In this document: in pieces, positions 1-10,590 of the stretch
Numbering within the stretch: position 1 is the first letter of the stretch
How the letters are laid out: every line of letters starts with the position of its first letter
Source of the DNA: Nemertoderma westbladi
Lineage: Eukaryota > Animalia > Xenacoelomorpha
Direction: 5' to 3'
Assembly (NCBI GenBank): GCA_032718475.1
Contig: JAUCBJ010005399.1
Location: 1-34,682 of the forward strand
DNA: 34,682 nt
Position numbers and translations under genes: made by a program
Notes under the pieces: model-generated
Told to the model about the DNA's origin: nothing
Database searches by the model: none
What the model saw: only the letters and a program-made list of their open reading frames with translations

Positions 1-1092
1 TTATTAATTGTACCTATTTGTTGATGGAAATATTGCTCTTTGGATAATACGGATAAATCACCCAAATTCCCAATTTTCTTGATACACTACAGGTTAGAGA
101 GACCGGCTATACATAACAATTGCGATTTATATTAATGTGGTGTGTATTGAATCCAATGTTATTTAGCAGATCCTACGTGAGTCAATTGCTGCTCTCTTTA
201 TGTGTGATCAAATATACTGACGGTCGGCAGAATAGTGTGTATGATTGTGATTGGTAACAAAGTATTTCCTAAAGAATACGCTTTATACTTTAATCATAAG
301 CGGTATCGTTGCGTTTTAGTATAAGTCTTAGTTCTGTTTAAATAGATAAAGCGCCACGTCCTAAAGGAACTGTTAATATTTCCCGAAAGCCAATAATATC
401 TGTCAGAGATTAATTATTAACGATCTATCGAATAATACAGTAGGTATACACTGCAACCTTACACTGCAATAATACAATTTAAGCAACCGAATTCAGCCTC
501 CCGGGTGTAGATCCATCGGGTGAATGATCGCGCATGGGCTGCCTTCGGCTAATGTTTTGCGTATTAGCATAAAATATTGTCGTATGCTAAAGGTGTTTTA
601 ATTAACTAAAAGACATATAAATTTTGGCGGGTTAAACTGCTAAAGGTCTTCAAAAGCGCGAACAACCATACCTCTATGAGCCGAGGGAAATTCGAACCTC
701 CTTTGAATATTGAGAGGGCGGATTCTTCCTGCAGTATGTGATTAGGCCTACCGGTACTACTGTACTATTTATAGCACGAGACTGCTAGAATTACAAAATA
801 GGTGCCGGTACTAATACTAAACGATACCGCAAGGCGCAACCGAACCACCCGAGCGACGGATTCGTGATTGGCAAGTACTGAAGTACCGTACTGTAGCCTG
901 TCACCTGTAGGTCTTTAAGCGTAGCGTAGAGCTGTAGAGACGGGTGTAGTAATGGGTCTATTGTAATACTATACTGCGCTCGCACTGCATCAGCATCAGT
1001 TAGTCAGGCAGTCGCAGTATAGACAGAAAGACGTTAGTCGAGTCGTACGCTCCTGTACTGCACTCGTCAGCTCGTACTGCAATAACTGAATA

Positions 1093-2208
1093 ATGGATAT
1101 CCTTGCAGAAAACTTCGTAAAGATTGTGACGGAAGATGGATGTGAGTTGCTAATTAATGCGACGGTTGGAAAGATTGATCTTAAACTTATGATTACTGAC
1201 GGGGCGGATGTGTGGTTCGGAGAATTAAACGCGGCAGCAGTCACTGAAAGTTGCCGCAAGATCGGAATGGAATTAACTGACTATATGGCAGATATGAAGT
1301 CGGCGTTATTAACAGCAACTACCGATAATATTTATAATTATAATAACAACGAATTTGTTTGGAAGAAATTAATCTCAACTGAAATCAGTACAATAAAAAA
1401 TACATTAGGGTGTGTGCCTATGGTCCGTGCGAAAAATCCTAAGAAAGACATTATGACTTTAATAGATCGTTTGGCTAGTGAAGCCGTTCAGCTTAAGAAA
1501 GATAAACAAATCATGGCTTGTGAGAATCAATTGCATTCCAACATGAATAAACTCAAAATACGTGATCTCCAGTCGAAATTAAAGAGTAATGACGAGGAAT
1601 TAAGAAGCACAGAGCCCGATGTAACTGTTGGGGTTGTTCCGACCTCAGGATATGGTAGGCCAATCACCAACTGTCAATCATCCGCCAACTATAACGGAGA
1701 AGGGGATAAGTGTATACCGGGAAGAAATAGTAAACGCAAAACAAAGAAATTGCCTAGAAATTATACGGACGATTTAAAGACGTCAAATATTGACGAGTTA
1801 CTTAATTTTATATCATCTATGTCATCTTACGAAGTTGCCTGTTTTACTTGCGATAACAAAGATATTGCACACATTTGTCGGTGTTGCATGAAAGGTTTCT
1901 GCAACTTGTGCGAGTCGCTTGGTGCGTCTCGTATCAAATGTTCAAGGAACAACATTGGAATCCGCAACCACATTCTATTACCTGCTGTCACCTTATCTCG
2001 CAACCGAAAAAAGGTTGAAAGCATTCGAAAACAAATGTTATGGGGCTGTTTGACGTGCACCCTGGATAACCCCGGGGATGTGCATGTTTGCCAAGCTTGT
2101 GGAGAGGAACGGAGGGACCGAGCAGACGGCTGGCAATGCGTGCAATGCACTCTATTCAATCGCCCTGGGTGTTCAGTCTGTCAGCTGTGCGAGTTTCGGA
2201 AACCGTAG
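1093..2208 (+). CDS. XRCC4: XRCC4-family protein (head + shortened coiled coil) fused to a B-box-like Zn module and two RanBP2/NZF zinc fingers, 371 aa, single-exon CDS
   Basis: [40 protein letters not shown] aligns by eye with human XRCC4 [60 protein letters not shown] ~ [29 protein letters not shown] ~ KIRSLHNKL. C-terminus has C-x2-C-x8-C-x2-C-x4-C-x2-C-x9-C-x9-H (aa 250-293) and two W-x-C-x2-C-TL-x-N-x6-C-x2-C motifs (aa 317-336, 347-366). AATAAA at ~2512. May be a paralog rather than the ortholog. Confidence 0.8.
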   Translation: [371 protein letters not shown]

Positions 2209-3009
2209 ATAGAATTCATGAAGTTTGTTGAAACCCGCGGTGAACTGTTGCCGGTCTATAAAAGTAATTCCTTTTGAGGATTTGGGCACGGACCACAAGC
2301 CAGTATAATGCCACTTTTTATGAAGATTTATAATTAATTAGCGTCTGTTTATTTAAGAATTAAGATAGTGCCATTGAATTATGGATAATGAGCACGAAAA
2401 AATGCTTAAGAACATTTATTCTGGCTGAATTATAGCTGAAGAAATGTAAATTGGAGATTGCAAGAAACGGTTCTTTCAAAGGTTTTCTAATTAATCAACT
2501 TTATAAATGACAATAAAAAGCAAATTATAAAACACAAAATCATCCAAAGGACTTACTTTTACATCGTTCCGTTCACCATGGCAACCGGCGGTGAGAAAAT
2601 ATATTTTGCTGGTGGTGAAAATAATTTGCCGCATTCAGCCACCTTATTAAAATGAAACACTAATAAAACTTTTTGAATTTCAATGTTGTACTAAGGACTC
2701 AAGTTGTAAAGGAATGTTTTAGATATGTATGAGTAGGCCTATGGATGTTCTGTTGGTTAAGTGATGTTAGGACCTATTTTCTCTAAGCCCTTTTTGCCTT
2801 TAAGTGCAATAATTTTACCCTACAAATTACGATTACTTTTAAATTACTTAAATTTTAGGATGTATCAACGAGGCTACAGTTATAATTAAGTGCAATATCT
2901 ACCACCTTTAGTTAATTACTATTTTTCAACTGGTTTGTAGTTAGAAGATAAGGTAGTCTAAATGTTGTCTATTGTCATTCTTTTATTCTAATCTTTTTAT
3001 TATTTTTAA

Positions 3010-4338
3010 GGGGGACTTAACCTTTTTTAGGATAAAAAATTCAAAAACCTTATTTTTGTCGATCTTTGTGTAGAATTTAATGGCAAATCCAAATATATGT
3101 GTTATGACTTCTCAACATGTTTAGTTTTGAATATATGACGATTTCACAACGGAATGTTTCCATAAATATAAAATTAACATCATTGTCGCGAAAAAATGTT
3201 TTCCGACAAATAAACAGACTAGATTTTGCCGAACATCAAAACTGAAATCGGAAATGAAATCAGCGACCCCGAAAACCCTCATAATGAGAATGTTAGCTAC
3301 AATGTGTGTTTTCTATGTTGACCGAAATTCGAACAGACAGACAGACAGACAGACTAATAAATAGGAGACAGGGGGGGGGGGGGGACTGGACTCAAATCCC
3401 GCCTTGGCGAATTAATATCCCGCCTCAATGTTAAATTCTCAATTTAGGTAAAGGAGCAGGTTACAGTGGCACGTTATTTTAACCAAAACAATAAACTAAA
3501 CACAATAGAACATTTGAGAGTAATGAGCTGTTATTTGCGTCCAATTTCCCCTGGAGAGGGATTAATTTTTATTGCGTCCAGTTCCCCCCCCCCCCCCCCC
3601 TCCCCCTATCTGATAAATAGACAAAATTTAACCAAAAATTAAAACTGAGATCAGAAATGGCCGACCGACCATTTCAGGTTCACCGACCAGGAAAACCCCG
3701 ATGGCGAAACTTTTAGATATTTCGTATGATTTATTATATTCGGACGGACAAACCAACATCAGACAGACATTCCGACAGACAGACTAGATTTGGCCTAACT
3801 TGAAAACTGACATCAGAATTGAAATCAGCGAAGCCTACGAATCAATCAATCAATAGAGCACATAGAGCTCGTGGAACCCGAACAATACCAGCTATCTGCT
3901 GGACTATTTAGGACTATAAAGGACTATTTAAATTAATTCATATCGGATGTCACATAGAGACTGACCAATTTGCGCGGAAAGGTTCAAACTTTAAACGCAT
4001 TTTACTCAGAATATCATTTCTAATTTTTTTCCTCGACTCAGTTAAAACCTATCTACTCCATCATTTTTTAATCATTTCGCTTGAAATTTTCAATGAATGG
4101 TCTTGACATATTAACCAATAAAACTTGTAGGCCTAGATACTGTAGATTTAAAAAAAATGCTACCTTTTCTCATAAAATTGGCGGGAGATTCAAATTTCAA
4201 TTTTTGCCATGAAAATTATCATAAGAACTTACTAATACATATAATAAATTTGCATAATTTAAGTCATAAATACAAACAAACCTCGTTTAATCCTCCAAAA
4301 ACTGGTAGTGTCTCCTGAAACGTAAAGCCCCCCCCCCC
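3010..4338. mobile_element. Putative degenerate non-autonomous DNA transposon (Kolobok-like) / dispersed-repeat mosaic
   Basis: Flanked by TTAA on both sides (3006-3009, 4339-4342) with GG...CC ends. Contains three related copies of the AAACTGAAATC...GAAATCAGCGACCCCGAAAACCC motif (~3238, ~3641, ~3803) and a block (~3969-4070) that recurs inverted at ~10335-10422. TIR match is weak. Confidence 0.4.
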
Positions 4339-5405
4339 TTAATTAAGGTATTATTCTATTGAATTCGGAAGAATTTCGGATTCATTATTTTCTAAATTTT
4401 AACCAAATACTTTTTTCAAATTTAATTGTATACGTATTAAATAATTAGTTTTATTCAATTAAGCTATTTATAAACCCTTACCGGTAGAAATCTAAAAAAC
4501 GACTGCGACCGAGAACATGACGAACTGATGCAAGTATAATAAACGTTGGCTGACTGAATGTGGGGGGGGGGGGGGGGGGGTGAAGCTTTTAAGCATTTTA
4601 AAGTAAATTGCAAGACACACACCGCTGGAAATGCACATACGCACACGCGAGTCCGCTATTAACTGACCTAAACGCAGTGGTAAGTTGCTACATTTTACGT
4701 CATTTCATTACCCCCACGCTCTCCATTTCTCATTGGGTCTCTCATCATTTTCCGGTTCAACCCACTTGAGAAAGCCACCTGTTTCGGGCGAACCTTACAG
4801 TTACAGCTCAGCTGCCTGCCTTCAACTGATTAATTATTGCATACAACGTCCAGGTCACTGATGCTTTTTAGTTTGTGGTACCGATGTACCTACCCGTAAG
4901 GTTTACTTAACTTACTTGATTAATTAATTAAATACAAACATTATTTAGCCAATAACCAATAACATGCATGAATATCGTGTATTATTCATTGTGATTTCTG
5001 ATTTGCAGCAACATGTTTCGACGGACCTAAAGTTACTTTTTTTAAACTAACTACGTAAAAAATTATTTATAATTATCGTAAAAATAATGATCAACCAATC
5101 GAGAACTACGACTTATTGTTATCCTGATTCATCTAATAATAATTATTATTTTGATTTGTCTACCTTAAATACATAAACTTTGTGTGCGTCCGAAATATCG
5201 TTGAAACCAGGGAGTAATTTGATTAATGGGGAACTCACATTATTGCACTGCCGGGTTTTGTTACCTCCGTTTCAGAGCAAAATTAAATATAAATATTTTC
5301 TTAATCAACAAAACATAACCAATATAATAGACGCATCCAATATTAATATTATGATTGAACTAAACTAAACAGCCTCTAATATCATTAGACAGTAGACACA
5401 AATTG

Positions 5406-8105
5406 TTACATAATCAAATACTTTTGCAGGATAGCGTGAGCTAAATCATCAGCTCCGGTTGAGTGGTAAATGAGCATAAGGTTGACTGCCACATCATAAT
5501 GCAGGTCGTACAGGGAACCAGTATTGTCGCAACCGCTGGGTACCCATGGTAACGTAAGCGCTTTGTTATAATAATATATGGCGAGGTTCAATATACTAAG
5601 CGAGTGCATGGCTCGCCCCAGGTTGTAGTAAGTCTCGCAACACATTCCTCGAAGTTCCTCATATTTTTGAAAAAATGCGAATGCGTGAACCGACAGTAGA
5701 TGGCGCTTACTACAGAACTTACTGACGGCTATATGAGAGTAAGTGATACCTAACATTAGACACATCATCGGGTCTTGGGGGTTCCTCTTGTGGCACGCCA
5801 TGTACTCGCTAAGGGCGTATCTATAGGTCCCGCTGATGAAAGAGTTATTGCCGAGGAGAACCCCGATAGGATAGCAGTCGGAGAGACGGTTAGCCAGTCG
5901 GTTGAGGAACTTTGATTGCCGGTTGTCCAACGAACTGTAAGTCGTCTGGTGGAACATGTTCCACACTTGATGAGACTCGTGGATAGCGACAACGAATTCT
6001 TTGATGTAAGCGTAAGCGCAACTGAAGTTCCCGTTGAGGAAACAAGAAACGAAACGAAGATACTTCAACATTTGTACTTTAACCGAAGCGTAATGCCAAC
6101 AGCTGGAGACGTGCGCGATACCGATGAGCCACTCCAGGTCGGCGTGCCATCCGCGATGCAGGAGTACCTCGCAGGTCTTCTCGAAGAGGCCCCACCACTG
6201 GGGCGGAGGCAACAGCGACCATCTCTGGGAGAACTGGGCGACCCTCCGATGCGCCCCCAACGACTCCATCCGCTGTTTGAATGAGTTGAGGACCTCCCCC
6301 CTTCGTCGCGAGGAACTCCTTTTTCCGGTCGCGAGGAAATCACTCGGCGGAAGGCAATTACCGAACCAGTGATTCCGGGTTCCCGTGTAGACTACCGCGT
6401 CCTGGTAGAGGAAGGCCATGAGCAACATGGACGAGCCTATGAACTCAGTGGACCTCCCTTCAGAGTAAAGTAACATCGCTTTCTGATGCAGCAAAGATAT
6501 GTGCAGAGGATCGCCATTAACGACATCGTTAACGTCTAGAGTCAATGACAGTGCGTCCACTGCTTCATTTACGCGGTTCATTTGCTTTAGCAAGGCGGAA
6601 AGCGCCAACCTGGGTGCCACTTCCTTGCTTGGATCCGTGGCTATCTCTAAACTCTTATTGTACGCATCGACAGCAGAATCGTTCTTGCCGAGACTTTGTA
6701 AACATTCAGCAAACTTTACCCACACCTCTACGGCGTTGAAGTTGCGCGATTTGGTGAGGGCTTCGAGGTATTCCACCGCGAGTCTGTAGTTGGTTGTGTT
6801 GATAAGGGCCTCCGAGACATCGAGGTAGAGGTCCCCGTACTCCTCGGGGCTCTCCTCGAACAACGGCGCCAACACCGTCTTGGCCGCCTCGCTGCGATTA
6901 AGATAGATGAGACAAATACCGAGTTTAACACGGAGGTCCATTGGGGTATCTGGGGTGAGCTGGGGGGCAATGGCCCCCACAGTCGGGGCATATCTTCCCC
7001 CCATTGGTGGCGCATCCTTACCAACTAGGGATTCCCCCACTACAGCCCCCCTAGATTTCACTGCACAGAACTGAACTATTGCGTCCATGGCCGATTGGTA
7101 CTGTTTCGTCTGCAGATACAATTCGACCAGATTATTAACATCCTCAACTTTCACCGCGTGTGGGTGTCTGTTGCAGGATTGCTGGAGTGTGGCGGTGGCT
7201 TGCACCACATTCCCAGAGTCGTGAAACAATCGCACAGTCTCCCTGGCAACCATAAAATAGTCCTCACTCTTACAGCGGTCCAACGCATCCAGTAACCGCA
7301 TGTATGCGGCCATAATACGCCGATCATCCTGTAGCTTCTTAAACAAACTCACGCAGGTCCAGTGGTAAGACAGGTTGTCTGGCTCAGCACGTGAGGCGTG
7401 CATATAGCAGGCGGCAGCGCGTGACACATCCCCATCATCCTCACAACGCTCAGCCAACTCTATCCATTGATGCGGGTTCTTCCGGCGCAACAATGCCGCC
7501 ATCACGGCGTTCTTGAATGAGTTATCTTTGTCGCCGAGACGAGTGTATATCTCTGTAAGTAGCTCGTACGGGTCGGCTACCTTGCGACACTCCTTTATCA
7601 CTAGGTAACACATGTCCTTGGCTACAGAGTCCTCGCCTCTAACAAATCGCATACGAGCCTCGCCCATTAGTCCCTGGAGATGTAGTGGGAGTCGCATCAT
7701 TCCTCGGGCGGTCCGCGGTTTACTCCGGGGTGTTGACTCATCACTCGTTCCTGGTGGCTCGTCGCCCGTAGCAGCCGGGTCGTTGCTCGGAGCAGCCGGA
7801 TCGTCGTTTAGAATGGACTGGAATATATCGACACCATCGTCTATATCGGCAGGCAGATCGATGACGTTGTCGGTGTACTGTATGAAGTCAATCCGTCCGT
7901 CGATAACGTCCTCCCATTGGGAGCGGGCACGGGATGCGTTGCGCTCACGTCGTGTCTCGGTTACGGGTGTCGGCTCATCGAGAAGGACAACCTCGTCGCG
8001 CGAATCACCCGGGGTGACGGACCTGCCTAAGTGTCGGTTTAAATTAGCCAAGAGTCCAGCGTTAGCGGGAATACCGGTACTCGATAAAGGGTTTAACTGA
8101 TCCAT
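5406..8105 (-). CDS. GTF3C3: General transcription factor IIIC subunit 3 (TFIIIC102, TPR protein), 899 aa, single-exon CDS
   Basis: Acidic N-terminus, then LPLHLQGLMGEARMRFVRGE (human LPRALRGLMGEANIRFARGE), TPR repeats, and C-terminal ETYYNLGRAMHSLSILNLAIYYYNKAL...DLHYDVAVNLMLIY (human ESFYNLGRGLHQLGLIHLAIHYYQKAL...DLRRDIAYNLSLIY). Full length and uninterrupted. Confidence 0.95.
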   Translation of the reverse strand: MDQLNPLSSTGIPANAGLLANLNRHLGRSVTPGDSRDEVVLLDEPTPVTETRRERNASRARSQWEDVIDGRIDFIQYTDNVIDLPADIDDGVDIFQSILNDDPAAPSNDPAATGDEPPGTSDESTPRSKPRTARGMMRLPLHLQGLMGEARMRFVRGEDSVAKDMCYLVIKECRKVADPYELLTEIYTRLGDKDNSFKNAVMAALLRRKNPHQWIELAERCEDDGDVSRAAACYMHASRAEPDNLSYHWTCVSLFKKLQDDRRIMAAYMRLLDALDRCKSEDYFMVARETVRLFHDSGNVVQATATLQQSCNRHPHAVKVEDVNNLVELYLQTKQYQSAMDAIVQFCAVKSRGAVVGESLVGKDAPPMGGRYAPTVGAIAPQLTPDTPMDLRVKLGICLIYLNRSEAAKTVLAPLFEESPEEYGDLYLDVSEALINTTNYRLAVEYLEALTKSRNFNAVEVWVKFAECLQSLGKNDSAVDAYNKSLEIATDPSKEVAPRLALSALLKQMNRVNEAVDALSLTLDVNDVVNGDPLHISLLHQKAMLLYSEGRSTEFIGSSMLLMAFLYQDAVVYTGTRNHWFGNCLPPSDFLATGKRSSSRRRGEVLNSFKQRMESLGAHRRVAQFSQRWSLLPPPQWWGLFEKTCEVLLHRGWHADLEWLIGIAHVSSCWHYASVKVQMLKYLRFVSCFLNGNFSCAYAYIKEFVVAIHESHQVWNMFHQTTYSSLDNRQSKFLNRLANRLSDCYPIGVLLGNNSFISGTYRYALSEYMACHKRNPQDPMMCLMLGITYSHIAVSKFCSKRHLLSVHAFAFFQKYEELRGMCCETYYNLGRAMHSLSILNLAIYYYNKALTLPWVPSGCDNTGSLYDLHYDVAVNLMLIYHSTGADDLAHAILQKYLIM

Positions 8106-8123
8106 TGACCAATCATTAAAAAA

Positions 8124-8152
8124 CTATCCAACAACAAATGAACTGTTAGTTA
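8124..8152 (-). promoter_or_regulatory. Candidate 3' splice / trans-splice acceptor (branch point TAACTAAC, U-rich tract, TAG) upstream of GTF3C3
   Basis: Minus strand reads TAACTAAC-AGTTCATTTGTTGTTGGA-TAG|TTTTTTAATGATTGGTCA-ATG. Branch A at 8146 lies 22 nt before the acceptor G at 8124, which is 18 nt before the ATG. Confidence 0.5.
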
Positions 8153-8191
8153 TACATACAGTAATTCAGTTATTTCGAACTCCGACTAAAC

Positions 8192-8671
8192 CTATATATT
8201 AACCTTAGTTTTTAGACAACCATTTACAACTTCGATTAAATGTGTATTTTCTAGGGCAGCAGCGACCCTCTCTTTATCCGCCAACTGTTTATTGATAGCG
8301 GCTTCAGACACGTGACTTCCGGGCGAAATCTCAACGTCTACTTTAAACCGAACAGGAAGGGATCGCATCAACTTCACGCGAATAGCTAACCCGATAAGTG
8401 TGGCCATACTGCAATGAGGAATGGTAGGAACGAACTGTACCTTAATGGCATTGCCATTATCGTCCACGGTAATGTGTTCTTCGTCGACCACGTTCAATTG
8501 CTCAAGCGTTAAGGGATGTTCAGGGTCATTTATGTCGCGAATTATATCAAAAATTTCTTGGGCATCAAATTCATCAGGACTTTTCTCGTCGTTCAGTTCT
8601 TTGTCGGTAAATATTCTCTCTCCGCTTCGAATTCTAACACTTGGATTCACATTCTGTACAGGATTACTCAT
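8192..8671 (-). CDS. CIAO2B: Cytosolic iron-sulfur assembly component 2B (FAM96B/MIP18), 159 aa, single-exon CDS
   Basis: [44 protein letters not shown] and [19 protein letters not shown] are near-identical to FAM96B. N-terminal RSGER and the final AAALENTHL favour 2B over 2A. Confidence 0.97.
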   Translation of the reverse strand: MSNPVQNVNPSVRIRSGERIFTDKELNDEKSPDEFDAQEIFDIIRDINDPEHPLTLEQLNVVDEEHITVDDNGNAIKVQFVPTIPHCSMATLIGLAIRVKLMRSLPVRFKVDVEISPGSHVSEAAINKQLADKERVAAALENTHLIEVVNGCLKTKVNI

Positions 8672-9200
8672 TATATAGTTTATATTACAGTAGGCCTATT
8701 ACATATTAAACACTAGGTCTGTAGGTACCGATATGCCTATACCAGAATACAGGTTAACCAGTTAACCTGTTAACAGGTAGGCCCTATACATATTCAGATA
8801 TTATATTTTAGGGTTTTTAAAAAACATGTTATTATTTATCCATGACAGGTTGACAGCATGATGTTTTTAAATTGTTTTTTTTGGATTAACGTGTTTGGGG
8901 CTTGGCGCTTGCTTGGGGCAGTGGGGGGCCTCTACACAGCTACATAATATAACAGTATAAGCAGATAAGTACAGACCAGCAGACTGGCAGAACAGCTGCA
9001 AGCAGAAGGGATACAAGACCAGAAGACCGAACGTAATCAGGATCGAATGTAACATAATTCAGTAATTATTACGTATCGAATGTAACCACACAATTATGTT
9101 ACATTGGATCCTATAACCAGATAGGCCTAACTATGTTACATTCCATATACAAATTACAGAATTACTACATAGGCTACTACATACTAAGCCCGAATGTAAC

Positions 9201-9328
9201 ATTGCCATTTAAACAGTTAAAGGAACATGTTACAGAGGCGTGTTTGGGGGAACCAAAACAATAAACGAAAGTTAACACATTTACAAGATTATACAGGTTA
9301 CTTAATTTGGTATTTGTTTTGAACTCAC
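9201..9328 (+). repeat. Dispersed repeat (copy of the TIR element at 34060-34311)
   Basis: ACAGAGGCGTGTT(T)GGGGGAACCAAAACAATAAACGAAAG(T/C)TAACACAT...GGTTACTTAATT is shared with ~34205-34280. Shorter AAAGGAGCAGGTTA...AACCAAAA fragments occur at ~3450, ~15058 and (inverted) ~26462-26514. Confidence 0.8.
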
Positions 9329-10039
9329 CAGACTGTTTCTTCTTGCAGTCTTGTAAATAAACAAAGAATTTCATCGCTTAACTCCTGACTGCCTGACCAG
9401 TACAGCAGTAGAGTAGCCTACCTCAGTACCTACTGCAGTTTACTGCTGCTGCTGTACTGTAGGTCAGTAGGTCGACTGCCTGACCGCTGGTGGAGGACCT
9501 GAAAGATGTTAGTCCTGTTTCTTTTTGTTTGAAATGTTTTATTTTGTGTATTTTCGAAACAAAGCAAGGCATATTTGTAATAATAAATATATTTTCAGTC
9601 AATTCCAGTATTCTCTGATTCTGTCTAGATAAAGTTCACTGTTCAGGTTCACATAGCAGCATAGGTGCAGGGCAGGTAGGTAGACCTACCTGCCTGCCTA
9701 CAGTATGTGACAACCCCAGACTGGCAGAACGTCATGAAATAGGTAAAGTGCTAACAGCTTTACCTATACCTATAATACTGCCTGCCTGTTAAAATATAGG
9801 GTTAAACTTTTCCACGTATGTTGTACGTTTCCATGTATGTGCGTACGCGTACGTATCCACGTTAAATTACATTACAATTACATTACATTGAGCGATTTAA
9901 CATACAGACATACTGCTGTACTGTACGTGTATGAATGCGCGGTCGGTCTAAACACCCAAATCACACCAAATTGACCGATTGAACCCCCCCCCCCCCCCCC
10001 CCCCCCCTAAAAAGACTAAAAATACTAAAAATACTAGGC

Positions 10040-10590
10040 CCCTACTCCTCCGTCATTTTCCATTTTTATTTTCCGATACCACATTTTTTGGAACCAGCAT
10101 GTTTATCTTATGATATTTTTCACGCAATTTTTGTATTTTCGTTTTCTATTTCTGATAATTGGCAATTTTGTAAAAAAAAATAAAAATTTGGGAAAAATTT
10201 AAAAAACCCATGTTTTTTTTGTAAATTTTCATTAAAAAAATGGGGAAATATTATCAAATTAAGAAAAGTGCGTGAAATTCATTGAAGCCTATTAAATTAT
10301 CTTTCATATAAATCAAAAATTGCAAAAAAACGGTTAAGAAATGGCGGAGGAGTAGTATTTTTCATGCGAAAAAATGTCATTCTGAGATAATCGCCTTCAA
10401 ATTTCAAACCTTCCCGCGCAAAACTACCTGTATGGGGTCTGGTTGGTTAATAGTGTCTGACATGAAGGAAACACAGCACCGAGCTAAAATTATAATTATG
10501 GGGGTTTTCGGGGTCGCTGATTTCATTTCTGATGTCAGTTTTAATATTTGGTGGAATGTAGTCTGTCCGCCTGTCGGTTGTCTGTCTGTC
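10040..10590 (-). repeat. Dispersed DNA-transposon-like repeat, inverted relative to 3230-4070
   Basis: GGGGTTTTCGGGGTCGCTGATTTCATTTCTGATGTCAGTTTT (10501-10542) is the reverse complement of ~3238-3279. Internal inverted repeat CTACTCCTCCGTCATTT / AAATGGCGGAGGAGTAG (~10043 / ~10340). Confidence 0.7.

Noticed and set aside
490-556. HDV-like ribozyme (GCCTCCC...CTTCGGCTAATG)
   Set aside because: P1, P2 and P3 pairings could not be completed.
676-705. tRNA or SINE on the minus strand (GGTTCGAAT B-box)
   Set aside because: No A-box, acceptor stem or anticodon arm could be built.
2218-2255. SECIS element in the XRCC4-like 3' UTR (ATGAA...AAA)
   Set aside because: No 3' GA for the quartet and no in-frame TGA in the ORF.
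5406-8671. Prokaryotic, viral or HGT origin of the intronless tandem genes
   Set aside because: The proteins are typical animal orthologs embedded among animal transposons and next to a spliced gene.
5765-8716. Overlapping and antisense ORFs within GTF3C3/CIAO2B
   Set aside because: Shadow frames of real genes with no recognisable motifs.
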